In this document: piece by piece, positions 1 through 12,800 of the stretch | Numbering within the stretch: the stretch's first letter is position 1 | How the letters are laid out: each line of letters opens with the position of its first letter | Assembly (NCBI GenBank): GCA_025201805.1 | Contig: MU619313.1 | Span: 34,848 to 98,847, forward strand | DNA length: 64,000 bases | Origin: Parasitella parasitica NRRL 2501 | Taxonomy: Eukaryota; Fungi; Mucoromycota | Direction of reading: 5' to 3' | Translations under genes and position numbers: made by a program | The notes under the pieces: generated by a model | Databases searched by the model: none | What the model was told of the DNA's origin: nothing | Seen by the model: the letters and a program-made list of their open reading frames with translations, nothing else

Positions 1-457
1 TATTATTGGACAAGAAGTAATTGACAGCAATGCGGCGATGTTTATATGAACTATAAACTTATATGTAAACAACGATCGGTAGTGACAGATCAGGTTTGCA
101 GTGATAAGGATGATTTATAGATAATAGATTTGCTAATATATGAGAAATGTTTATGGTAATAAACTATAATAGCTATTACAGATATTTTCACTAGCGTTCC
201 AATATCTGGTAAAGGTTGAACCTATTTATAACAATTGGATGTTTTATGTAAAATGAGACATCATGTAATGTGAATCATTACAATGAAGATAATCAATAGT
301 AAATTGTTTTGATTTTGTCAATAAATCAGTCTTTGTAGTTTGAACTAAAGTTTCATTGGTCCGTCGAATTTCTAAAAGAAGACCTAGAATATCTTTCAAA
401 ATTTCTTTTTTCATCTACATTGATAAAAGTTATGAAACGCAAACACGAATGTTGTGC

Positions 458-1526
458 CAGTGTCAAAGGGCGCAGCGTAATGTTATGTAAAATATGATTT
501 GTATAAAGTAATAAGACTTTTTTGAATAAAACCAGATACAAAACTGAAGACTTTTATTGACATAAGATATGATCTCTATTTATACTAAAATATATCCCAA
601 TCAATGTTTATCCACATAACATCTGATGTTTGACAAGAAGTGTCAAACCTTCTTAAATCACAGCATTTCCAGGACAGACCTATCTTTCTATTTTACATTA
701 AAGAGAAGATTGGGTAGGATGTCTTCCCGACATCCCGCGATCTGATCTAGATGTATTCTTTAAATAAGCCTGGAACCTTGCAAGAGGTCCAGTTACAACT
801 TGTAGCTTATTCCTTATTTGTAAAAAAGAATTACCAACAATTAATATCATGATCCGTACATTATGACTAAGTTAGATATGACATATGTAGCCTTTATATG
901 GATACAACATGAATGTTTATTTTGTAAAGGGAAAGCACTTTGATCAGGAGTATTTTCCTTCACACGACATTCATTGATAAGGTCTTAAATTGTATTTGTA
1001 TTGCGTTTTGTTTTGTATTGTTATGCGCAGAGGATATATAAATATGATCTGCTCAAAAATGTATAACTTTATAAAAATGAAATTAGACACAAAAAACTAA
1101 TGACTTTATTGATAAGAAAATGCCATCTTTTTATACTAGTGATTATATCTATTGTAACACTATTTGTCATCATGGTTAAACATTGAATTTGGTATTACAT
1201 ACCAAGTTTATTACATGTTCTATTGTACATTAATAGCTTATTCCTTGTCATTATATACAACAAAGAATTACCAATCTAATAATTGCTTAATCTCATGCCT
1301 TTCTGGCACAACGTGTATGTCTTTGTTTGTCATGCGAACCTGAATGGCATGAATTGGGTATGCGTGACATTTGAGTCTTATTTTTCAGCTATGCGCTTTT
1401 AGCTATACCATTCCATTGCAATCATATATTGTGTCAATAAAAGTCTTCAGTTTTGTATCTGGTTTTATTCAGAAAAACTCTTTGTTACTTCATTTACATA
1501 ACATTGTGCTGCTCCCTTTGACACTG
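458..1526. mobile_element. Non-coding foldback/MITE-like relic bounded by ~110-bp imperfect inverted repeats
   Basis: 458-573 is the reverse complement of 1421-1526, including a perfect 40-bp core (523-562 vs 1432-1471, TGAATAAAACCAGATACAAAACTGAAGACTTTTATTGACA). Ends read CAGTGTCAAAGGG / CCCTTTGACACTG. No credible ORF inside and no clear TSD. Confidence 0.6.
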
Positions 1527-3358
1527 ACAAAACACACCTTAAAGATTCCAAATCAGGCTAACAAAAAAATTACCTAAATATCCAACCGTGAAACCACGCA
1601 ACATTTATACTCAATAAAAAACCGACAAAAAGAAACACATTTGGAACACATAGACCAATGTAAGGGCTGGTCCATACATATCATTTACAAAATATGTGTC
1701 AGAACATCTGATGTGTCAATTTCCCAACCGGAAATCAAACTCAAGTAAACTCAATCCTAAACACAATCCAGGAACATATCCCAATGGATCATGTTCCCTA
1801 TTCACATAACTCAAGATGCCATGTTCATGGAAAATAAACACAATCTATCGTCCTAGTCTCTGAATCACACCATGTCTCACACTTGTATCTTATCCTCCCA
1901 TCAGTCCACTTAGATTCACTAGTATATAAACCATCATTTTTTCCATGTAATAAACAAGATCTTTACCTCAACCGTTTTATTTGTATTTCTCATTCTGATA
2001 AACCAAGACATGTACTAAATATAGATTTGATAAGACTATACTAAAATGATGTACGCTTATGGATCGATAATAATAATCTTCGTATATGGAAGATTCATCA
2101 GGATATCGCGAGTAAAGTCTATCCACTCGATCGCTCAGGTAGATCTAAGTTATCTTCCGTCTGCTGAGGTGTCGTTTAGCACGACATTAAATATGCCAAT
2201 TAATCAGAATTGTCGTAGACATTAAATTATGATTATAAAACATTTATCCATAGCTTAAGCATATCAAGGATCATCTACCTGACCAGTAGATGAACTAGCC
2301 TTTACCTTTGTTTATTTAATTTTTTTCAGTGTACCTTTGTAATATTCTATGCCGATTTTACACCTCCAATAATCTGAACTTCTTTTTTGGTATTATCTTA
2401 CGGTGTCAAGAGATAGGAAACATTACCTCATCTTCACATCAACCTAGCAGGTTTTAAGAAAGGAGAAAAAAAGTGCTATGAAAATGCAAAGATTAATTAC
2501 TTTGCCACCTCTAAAAATCACTGTTCATTTAAACTTAAGGCATGGACTGGGTCGTGTTAGTGGCTCAACCAACAATATACCATATATGTAAATTAGATCT
2601 ATTACTTTTTTGAAAGCTAGTTATTTTAAGCATCAATGTAGCAATTCATTTGAGTCATCATCTAATCATAAATTATCCTACAAAGTAGTTTATTTAAGGT
2701 TATAATGCCAAAAGCACCAAGCCTCGAAATTACAGCTAATAACCGTACATTGCATGGCAATATTGTTTGTGTGATATTACACAAAATTCCTAGTGATCTT
2801 TATGTGTAACACAAAAGGGGTTTGACTGACATGTTCCGCCATCAAAATGCGTCTAGCGTTTATGCATAGCATTTTCTTAGAAAAAAAAAGGAAACCAGAG
2901 ACAAAAAAAATATAATAAAATAAGCCAAAAACGTTTCTGGTCGAATGAATGAGGTCAAGTGTACGTGACAGAATATTCCTTTGGCTTATGTATTCTAAGA
3001 CCAAACATAGTTAACATACAATCGAATGATTTGAAAGTATTATTAAACTATCGACAGATTGAAAATTTCGTTAAGTCATAATAAAGCTTTAATAAGGAAA
3101 TAAGGCCCTAAGAATAGGGGTAAAATAGTTCTGGGAGAAGGATTCGTATGTTATGATCAAGAGGAGAAAGACAAAGTCAGAGCGGAGAAAATGATTATAA
3201 TGGACAACAATAAAAATACATTCCTAGCAACAAAAGTTAATCAAACTCAACTGTAGTTAAATGTTGGTGTATATAGTATCACAAGTAAAAATAGTTGTTA
3301 AATAAGAGACCTTTTGGTCATGATAGAGCCACTTTCAAGAATTTGTTGGTTGATATCA

Positions 3359-4711
3359 TTATGCTGTCGTCGTGGAACGATAGGGCCACCAATTGCGCCT
3401 TTCATCCTGGGGCAATTCTTCAAGCTCATAAGGGGGATATGTCATGTTTGTGTTGTTATTACCAACATTATTGTGATCTGGATAACTTGTTGAAGATTCT
3501 GTTGATCGATGTTGATAATATTGCTGCTGCTGTTGTTGTTCTACGGGCTGTTGCTGATGAGAGTAGAAATGATATTGTTGTTCACTGACAGCAGATGGCG
3601 AAGCTGCATCATCATTTCTTGAAGAGCAAGTTACTTCACCATCTTCCGCAGAATCAGTTGTACTTCTTGATTCGTAGTCTGAATATACTAAATTTGGTGT
3701 GTTACTTCCATTGTATGGTTGCCTTGCAATTATGAGATCACGATCTGCCTCTTCATTCGTGGCACCGCCTACAAACGAGCGTAATAAATGTTGTTAAGGA
3801 CATTATATGCATTTGCATTGTCAGCCAATAACCATCAAATTATACAAGAAAACAAAAAAGGATATCAATCGTATACAATCGTTCGGGTGGAATCCAGTAT
3901 TCATCGCATTCTTGTTGAGATTCATTATTTTGAGTTCTTACTGTATGCATGCATAATATAACCAAAAATCAACACATATTCTTTTTTTTACTATTTCAAG
4001 CAATTGTTTACATTGTACGTTCAATTGACCCAACTCTTGTTCCAGTCTCGTGATTTTGTTCTGTACTTTTTGCACAAGATCTGACCGTACCTTTTTCCTA
4101 GCAAACTAAACGTATAAATTAGATAACTTTTCCAAATACAAAAATTTGCAACGTTGTACTCGTATTAGAAAATGAGAAAGAGTCTTCCTCATTTGAAAGA
4201 GGGAGTATTACACAGCGGTAACTCATTTTTGCGAATGCGTATAGAGAAGAACACTTACATAGAAATCATCCCAAGCCTGCTTCTTTTGGGCAGCGAACCA
4301 ATCATGGATGGATTGACGTTCAAATCTCTGCCAGTTCTCGACCCTTCGTAAGCGGTCATGTTTTGATTGATCGAGCTGGCTCATTAGGCGAGTATACTCT
4401 GGATGTTGGGAAGCATCAATTTTACCTAGAAACATTGATTCATTGTTCTTTTTTGCTTGTTGACTAATTGAAATGAATAAATTATAATATACCAAGACAT
4501 TTCAAGCTTACATATCTTCCTCATCATCTTCTTGCTGCTCTTCTTCTTTGTATTGCTTTTTTGATCGAATTTCATGATCTATATCCTTCTTGCCACCTTT
4601 TTGTTTCTTCTTTTTTATTGTAGAAGCTCTAGTTTTTTGAATGATATTATCATTCATGGCTGCAATAACCTTTTTAGTGGAGGATCTACTACGAGTAACT
4701 GAGGTGGTCAT
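3359..4711 (-). CDS. Sds3/BRMS1-like Sin3-HDAC complex subunit (multi-exon)
   Basis: Spliced exons give MTTSVTRS..., QHPEYTRLMSQLDQSKHDRLRRVENWQRFERQSIHDWF, FARKKVRSDLVQKVQNKITRLEQE and GATNEEADRDLIIA, then a Q-rich tail to TAA at 3359-3361. The helical HPEY...coiled-coil pattern fits the Sds3-like family. Confidence 0.7.
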
Positions 4712-5511
4712 TTTCTTCTGAATAAGTGCGATAAAAGTATATGTATATGCGTAAATATTATATGAAAGAGAAAAATAGGGGGATTTATGTAAATATTTGT
4801 GAATGTAACAAGAATTCAAAACTGATTTTGTGAAAAAAAAAAGCAAAAGGGGAAGGAAAAGATGCAGTAGCCACACTGATTCTAACTTTAAATAGTGTTG
4901 GGTTAGAAATGTTGTTCTGCTGTTGATGATGATGTGTCACAGGCTAGCAGAAAGCTTAACAAAACTTACATCTCCTTCCTCTTAAACCTCCCGTTTTATA
5001 ACAGCAAGTATACACCATGATTCGCATCAACAATCACTTGCTCGTTACTGAAATTATTGATGATATCATTGTCCCGTAAAAACAGTTCATATGTACTTGT
5101 TATAAAAATATTAAGTTTAAAATCATTATTTTCATAATAGCGATGATTGATCGAATGTAGCTTACGGGTATGATTGATGAAATATATGCCATCATTCTCG
5201 GCTCGTTTGAAGCTCTTTCATTGGTTGCTATGTCAGTTAATTGAGTTAACAATAAGCTCTTTGAGCAATATATCTATTGTCCATGCTCCTGTTCATTGCT
5301 TTCCACACAAATTACATGCATATGGCAAATGAGAGCTGCAGTTCCTGTATTTATGTACCGTTTAAGGACAACGAGTCACTGAAGTTCTTGATCTGATTCT
5401 GTGGAAGCTACTTTTTAGGAAGTCAGTCAGCAAATCTGCCTGCACCCCAGTTCACAAACACTAAATAAATTTTAAATGTCCCTGGCACCATATCCATAAC
5501 TCTTTGCACAA

Positions 5512-6621
5512 ATGTCTTCAATCAAATTATTATTGCGCCCCTTTGCAAAATTTGCCATTCCTCGTCGTTCGATTCACTCTGGTGGAGTGCTCCGTACTAC
5601 TGCTGAACAGCAAGAAGAAGCGGCCACACAACGTAATAATCTAGCATATTTTGACAGCAACCCCTGCTGGATAGCATTTATTTACTTTGCTTCAATATAG
5701 GTGCTGAACGTACTATGACACGTTTCTGGAAACGTGCTGGTATCAAAGAAGAAAATAGTATGATTTTGTCCAACATTTAATTTTTTAACCAATCTAACAT
5801 GTATTTAATAATTACAAGATAGCGTAACTGTTGTTCTTGATCAGCGCAATTTAAGAACACCTAGCAAAAATATCGTAAAATTTCCTACAAAGCAAAGAGA
5901 GCTCGCTTTATTAACAGCCGCTGAATGGGATGCCCAAACAAAGAATCTGAAAGCTCACACATTACCTTTGGTAAACATTTGCATAGCTCCTCGGTAGATG
6001 CTATTCTAACTTTTTTTCTGATTACCATCCAGACTTCTATTGTTGCTCGCGCTATCGATGCTTTTGATCCCGTACATGCTGAAGATCTTACTGTTAGATC
6101 AGCTGTTATCGATAAATTAATGTTATATTTTGACACAGATGCAATTTGTTACCACGAAGAATTTCCTGAAATTTTAACTAAGCTTCAGGATTCATACTGG
6201 AAACCTATCATTGACTGGGCAGAGAAAACTTACCATGTTAAAATCAACACAACTACAGATATTTTTGCAGTTACTCAACCAGAAGAAACTAAAGCTAAAT
6301 TCAAAGCTATTATTGATCAAATGGGCCCGTTGGAATTATCTGCTTTCGAAAAGGCTGTTATGAGCTCCAAGAGTTTTTTGATCGGCTTTGCCTTGGTGCA
6401 TAAGGGTATTTCTGTGGAACATGCGGCTCAAGCTGCTCATGTTGAAATGAACGCTCAAATGGATAGATGGGGAGAAGTCGAAGACAGTGAGTATATAACA
6501 TCCAAGAAAGTAGTTGATTTAACATTTTTTTTCTCCCGAATTATCAGGTCATGATGTAGAGCGTGAATATATAAGACAGACGCTCGGTTCAGTAGCTATT
6601 ACTTTAATGGATAAACGTTAA
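5512..6621 (+). CDS. ATP12: Mitochondrial F1-ATPase assembly factor Atp12 (multi-exon)
   Basis: N-terminal presequence-like segment, then TRFWK, LDQRNLRTP, AAEWDAQ, YFDTDAICY, SSKSFLIG and AAHVEMNAQMDRWGEVEDSHD motifs. Confidence 0.93.
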
Positions 6622-6984
6622 ATTAATAATTGACGCAGAATACATTTATATTCATAGAGCACACCAAAAACTTGTAATATCAGTATATATAAAATGGAAT
6701 ACTTTAATTCTGCATACATACTACCGTTCTTGTTGAACATGTTGTGATTTTCATCAACAGACTGCCATTAGCGCTTAGCATATTTAATGCACGGTTTAAA
6801 TACTCGAGTTCGTTACACTCCTTGGATGGTTCAAGGAGTTCATCAAATCGCCAGAACTCTCTTTTTACCAGAAAAATATATTAGTATGTCCTTAAGGTGC
6901 ATCTTAATGAAAGCGACGTTTTTCAGAACAGGTTTTTGCTCCCAAACTACAAATGATCTTTTATTGTATGAAAAACAAGAAAAA

Positions 6985-8069
6985 TTAAAAAAGAGATGGC
7001 TTGTGATTTACACACAAAAGGCCCATAATATCAGACATAGTGACAACGCCGATAACATTTTTTGATTCCTTCGAATCCAAAATCCAAACACGATGAGTAT
7101 CTTCTCTCATCATGATGGCAAAAATTTCTTTCAAAGTGGCATCTGGAGTAGCCGTGCTAGGAGTAAGATAATCAGATGTATACTAAAAATATGTTTCAAT
7201 ATAACGTAAAACATTCTACAATATAGAACTTGCCTTGATGTATTCTTTGCAAGTTAAAGTCAACTGATCAATATGCTCTAGATTAGCACTAGGCAAATCC
7301 TCAACACATAGGTCACCTTCAAACTTTCCATTTCTGAGAAATTGTACGTATTATTACGATAATTTCATGGTAATAAGAGGGCTTGTACTAACCCATCAAC
7401 TACTGGAACACCACTCAAGTTTTTTTCAGCCATCATGCGATAAACTTGTATAGCCGTTTCAGAATCGGCAGCCTTAACAACGTTTTGCTTTTGAATAAGG
7501 TTCAAATCCTGTACACAATCGTCTAAAACAAGTAGTCCCGCAACGGAATTTGGGTTATTGACAATATGTCGGATGATATCCGTTTGAGACAAAATCCAAG
7601 GCTCCTTGGATTCATTACCAAATTCGACAACCAATGCTCGATGCTTTCCATTAGAGAAAGCGCGTAATGTCTATTCTAAAAGTTTGGCACATACGAATAT
7701 AATGTATGTCTTAAATAGCTTTACCTCTATAAGTTTATCTTTACGATCCACTTTTTGAATTCTATAACTTTCCCTATCTGTATCTAACCCCAATACATTT
7801 TCAACAGGATCGTCCAGTTTTAGCTTTTCTTTTTCAATTGTTGAAGTACTGTCACCAACCAAATAGAGTAAGATATCGAAAAGATTGACAATGCTTACAA
7901 TATCTGTATTATTGTGAGAAAATACAGGCAAAGAAGTAATCTTATTATGTTGCATCTTAGAAAGTGCAGTCTGGATAGAGACAGTAGGACTGACTGCAAT
8001 CAAAGCAGGCTTAGTCTCGGCAAGTCTTAAGTCAATAGGTCGAATATCGGTGATGATACAAGAAGTCAT
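6985..8069 (-). CDS. CBS-domain protein (four CBS repeats, AMPK-gamma/Sds23-like; multi-exon)
   Basis: ITSLPVF...IVNLFDIL, HRALVV...ILSQTDII, LSGVPVVD and THRVWI...VIGVVTMSDIM are CBS repeat signatures. Stop at 6985-6987. Confidence 0.85.
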
Positions 8070-9195
8070 TGGTATATTAATGAGTTAATAAAAAGGCAAA
8101 AGATATCTTTTCTCTCAATTCACTGAAGGAGAAACTCAAGGAATAGATTAGTCACGGCATAAACGCATGAATTCAGCCACATTTTACTTTTTAGGATGGC
8201 TCAAACAACCCTTTTCAAAAGAACAACAAATTATCACTATTGTGGAAAATCGGGAATATAATGGTACATATTGTTAAAGTTGTGTGAAGAAAATTGCAAT
8301 CAAATTTGATAATATTTCAGGAAGATGAACTAGTAATGAAGTGCTTATTGATCACGTTTTGTATTTTTATTGCCTTTGCATATAGCTACTTCGGAAAGTG
8401 TATATAATGCAAGTATTATGTCCACTTCAATGGCCAACACAACGGGTATTCAGAATAACCTATATTTCAGGACGTTGATCTTCTTTTTTAAAGGCTTCAG
8501 CCGATTTCATATAAGGATGGTTCATAGGACATTGTAGCAAGAAGTATGCACTTGCAGGTTACTGGTTAGATCATATGTGATTATAAACGCGTTACCAAGG
8601 CGAGCATACTTATAGAAGACGTTTGTCATCAAGAACAGAGACCCGTAGCATCTGTCATAAGGTCCTTTGTTCCTCTGATAAACGAAAAAAAGTTACATCA
8701 TTAGCAAGGGAGCAAGCAACAATCAAATATCGAAAAGTCTGGGTTAAACATGTTTTTGTCTTTGACCTATAAATCTTGATCCACTAGAAAAATAAAGCTT
8801 TGCAATAGGTTTATTGACCCACTTTATGATGAGTCCCTTTTCACTTTGAAAAGTGACAGGGAATCAATGGTGTGACAAAGCATAACAGTTTCAAACGCAC
8901 AGAACCTGCACCAAGCCTTAAAAAATATCGTCTTTAAGGGACATGTATTTACAAGGCTTCCTTTATTGAAGTTGCAATAGCAACATAAATTATTTAAATT
9001 TCATTTTTTTTTTTTTTTTTTTTTTGATTTAGTTAGCATGACAAGTTATTGTTAACAAATATATTTATTTTATTAACATCAAATCTCTGAAGAACCTTTT
9101 TTATTAACCGTTTGTTGGTTAACTTATAAGTGGTCGAGCCACTAACCTCCTTTAGGCGGTCCTCCCCATTGTTTGAGTAGATTGTAGAAAGAATA

Positions 9196-9262
9196 CTTTA
9201 AATTCAGACGCTGTTAGTTTTTTTCTGGACGAATGAAAGTTAATATCCAGACGTTTAGCTTA
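9196..9262 (+). repeat. Left terminal inverted repeat
   Basis: CTTTAAATTCAGACGCTGTTAGTTTTTTTCTGGACGAATGAAAGTTAATATCCAGACGTTTAGCTTA is the reverse complement of 14454-14520 with 3 mismatches. Confidence 0.95.
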
Positions 9263-9806
9263 TAGAGATATATGTTAGACTTTTTCACCTACTACCATCC
9301 AATAATGTAGTATGCTAATTGAATAATTTCTGGTCCTGTACGACGAGAGACAGTGGATGCAGGTGGATCTCTGAGACTGAATTTATTTGAAGAAGGCTTG
9401 GTTGTACTTTGCGGTGAAATAACCTTTGAGGTTTGATGGATGATTCTTGCTATAGTATAATGATCCCGGGACAAAACCAGATATATTATAGTTAGTTGAG
9501 GATATAATGCTTGTATAGAATCTCAGCGATTAAATGACAATTTAAGTAAGAGTCCAAAATATTTTAACGTAAAGAGGGCAGGTGGGTGTGCCTAATTTTA
9601 TAATCTTAAATTAAATAATCCTTAACAACACAACTGGTGGTCGCCTCAAGCATTTGAGCCATAAGCGAAGACCGAAAAAAAAATGACAAACTCCAAGGCG
9701 GGATACCACCCTCTCATCAGTAATAATATAAATGTTGTCCGTTTAATCACATTTTTTTAAAATCTTTGATAGATTGTTTTTCTTTCACTTTCTTACTCTA
9801 TTGAAC

Positions 9807-12800
9807 ATGTCTAATGAATATTGGTCTGACATTATTAAAATAAAGAAAGAAACGGTTTTCAACAATCGATTGGTATTTAATGAAGGTCAGAACTTAATAA
9901 AAATATATATAAGAGTTTTTATTAACTGATATTACAGCAAATGCAAAGTGTACCGACTGTGAAGAAGTAGGCCATTTCAATAAAAACTACTAAAAGTGCA
10001 AGTTTTACAAAGGAGCAACCACTGATGATGGTATGGCAGTTTGATATTAGTTATACTATTTACATATAATAATGATCACATCTGGTTGGAACCTCAAGCA
10101 AGAAAAGAAAGCAAAGCAGAAGTTTGAAGCAAGATAAACAAACAGCAAAACGACAAAAGACCACAAATGATAATGTGTCCAATCTTCATTGTAAGAAATG
10201 CGGTGGTAATAATCATGCTATAGCAAGATCCTCCTTATGCCCACACAGTATAACATCCAGAGCTAAAGTACTAGAACAGAACCTTGGCACTAATTACAAG
10301 GCATTCACAAGAAAATTACCTTTTGATAGCTGCATCAATCAAGCTCACCGCCATATTAAAACCAACGTCATATAGACTTGTGCTGCTGTGAGGGATATCA
10401 TAGATAGAGCCAAAATTTTTGTGAATTACTATGTCTTGTCGAGCTCAAGTGGACAAGTCCCCGATGGTATCTTCAAGAAAAACTTTTGGTACAGCATGTG
10501 TCAACTGGTAAATAGCCAAAGAATCACAAACCAGAAGGGCATACCAGCCGATTTAATTACTGTATGGAACGATTTTCGTAACAGATACAGACATGCCAGT
10601 GTGAATATCAAACTTCTTCCAGGTGCCAGTCAGTGTATCTCTGAAGCATGCACTGAAATCGAAATGCTGTATAATAACATGATTGTCGAAACATTTGAGC
10701 TTAAACTTCTGTCTTTTCTTCACTACAAGGTCCAAATGTTATTACCGGTAAGCGTAATATTTCATTATATGACAATCACTTATATAACAAATCAATAGAA
10801 TATCACAAAACGCTCTATAATTGATTTTTTTTTTTTTTTTTTGTATTAAAGTTTATCTTTATTAAAATTTCATGATGAAACTATAGATTAGGTACAGGCA
10901 AGGTCAAGGTGCCAGCTTGAACACTTGCCAGAGGAAAGAGAAGAAAGTAGTAAACCATGTTAACACATGCCGAAGCAATCCAGGGCTCCGTGTCTATGAC
11001 ACATCGCCAATGATATTTCCAAAGTGTACTGTAAGCAGTACCAAGAGCCACCATAACCTCTTCATCGAGCATCTCCAAATCTTGAGAACAGAGACTAGTG
11101 AGAGCTTGCCAGATAGACATGGCAGTTGGGAGGAGATCCTGCAGGGACAGCAAGGATACAACATCTCGCCAATACCGGGCTTTGAGGGAACAGCCGACAA
11201 CAAAATGTAACAAGTCTTCTAGAGCAAAACCACACAGAGTACAAAGAGGAGACGGAACTTTTGCTGGAACTATACGATGGCACCAAGAGCGGTGAGCCAC
11301 ACGATCAAGCAACAATCGCCACCAAGGTGTGAATGCTTTTGCTGGCAGCTCCAGGGACCAGAAAAGACGCCAAGAAGGAGGAGGTAGTCGCAAATGGATA
11401 GGCAGACGAAGTGGAGGACCCATACGAGAGGTAATGATATCCTTTGCAGGATGCCAATACCTTCGCAGGGCGTTCAAAGACAAGCGAGCCATAGGAACAG
11501 AAGAACGAGAGGAATTGGAAATTGTCTAGTGTGAGCAATCTGGCATCCACGAAGAAGCACCATCAGAACGGGGCATAGTATGATAGTCTGCATGACACAA
11601 GACTATCTTACTATCCATGACAGGCGGGAAAACCAGAGAGACAGGACCAAAATCTTTGTTCATATCCGAAGAAACGCGACGAAGTTTAGTAGGCCATGAC
11701 AAGTGACGAGTAGTACCATCCACAATGCCAAGATCAGGACGCCAAGAGCAAATATCTGATACCAAGTAGCGAGGATCCAGAGTAGCAGGATCAATCATTG
11801 AAGAATCTGGAGGCACATTACTAAGTACATAACATAATGGAAAATCAAGAAACCACCTAGCAGACCAACTAGAGGAAGGAACTAGCTTGGGTAGTTTTAT
11901 CAGTAGATTGCTGAGATGTTTGAGAACAGGAACAGAAGATACACGAAATTTGAACTTGTCAGGAAAAGAGAACCAAGGCAAGACAGATTTATGACCAGTG
12001 TATACTTGGAAGGCGTAAACCAACCAAGCAGTGACAAAATTAGAAGGAGAAGGTGGACGCAACAAGCGTTGCAAATAGACAAGATGCAGAGCCAAGCTCT
12101 GATCTGCTATATCCACCAAACCAACACCACCAAACTTGCGAGGAAGACACAAAGTCGACCAAGCAACACCAGGACGAAACGACACCAAATACTCCCGAAC
12201 TACTTTCTTGAGAGCCATCACCCACGACTCAGTAGCAGGGCCACCAGGAACACCACGCAACAAATGATACACCTTAGGCAACAGCAACGAGTTAGCCACA
12301 AGTCCAGCTTACCGAACGGAGAGATTTCTTTGCTTCAACAAGTTACAGTGCCTTTGGACCTTTACTAATAAGTCATTTAGAAAATCACTCAGTTGACTAT
12401 CAGTATGATACAAGGGATAACCCAAGTATCGGACCGCACCACAAGAGAGAGCATTATGCCACTGGAGACCAGCAGCATGCGCCAAAGCAACCCAAGCGGA
12501 ATGCGGCCTATCAGAAAGAGACACCAGCATAGTCTTGCTAAGATTGGCCTTCGCGTTAGACGCTCGGCCATACATATCCAAAAGAGACAACAAGACTGGC
12601 CACTCATCTGGGGACGACAAGAACACTTCCAGATCATCAGCATAACTCAGAATCTTGACAGGAGACGGAGCACCAGTACGACTAACAAAGTCCAATTGTC
12701 GATTGCAGGAGCCATCACCAAGATCCTCACGAACTTCCACCGGGTTCTCTAATTGAATCAATCTCTAGTAAATACTGCTACCATATGTCAAGGGAACCCT

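Noticed and set aside
9004-9193. T22 run just left of the Fanzor element as the tail of another retro-insertion
   Set aside because: No TSD or coding remnant was found on either side of the element, and long homopolymers are common throughout this window.
9292-9474. 60-aa minus-strand ORF inside the element as a transposase remnant
   Set aside because: No HTH or DDE motif is recognisable.
9690-9720. CTGATGAG on the minus strand suggesting a hammerhead ribozyme core
   Set aside because: No GAAA follows a stem II, so the catalytic core cannot be completed.
10917-12752. Plus-strand ORFs across the retroelement (e.g. 11916-12368, 12393-12752)
   Set aside because: Antisense shadows of the A-rich strand of the L1-like ORF2, with no independent motifs.
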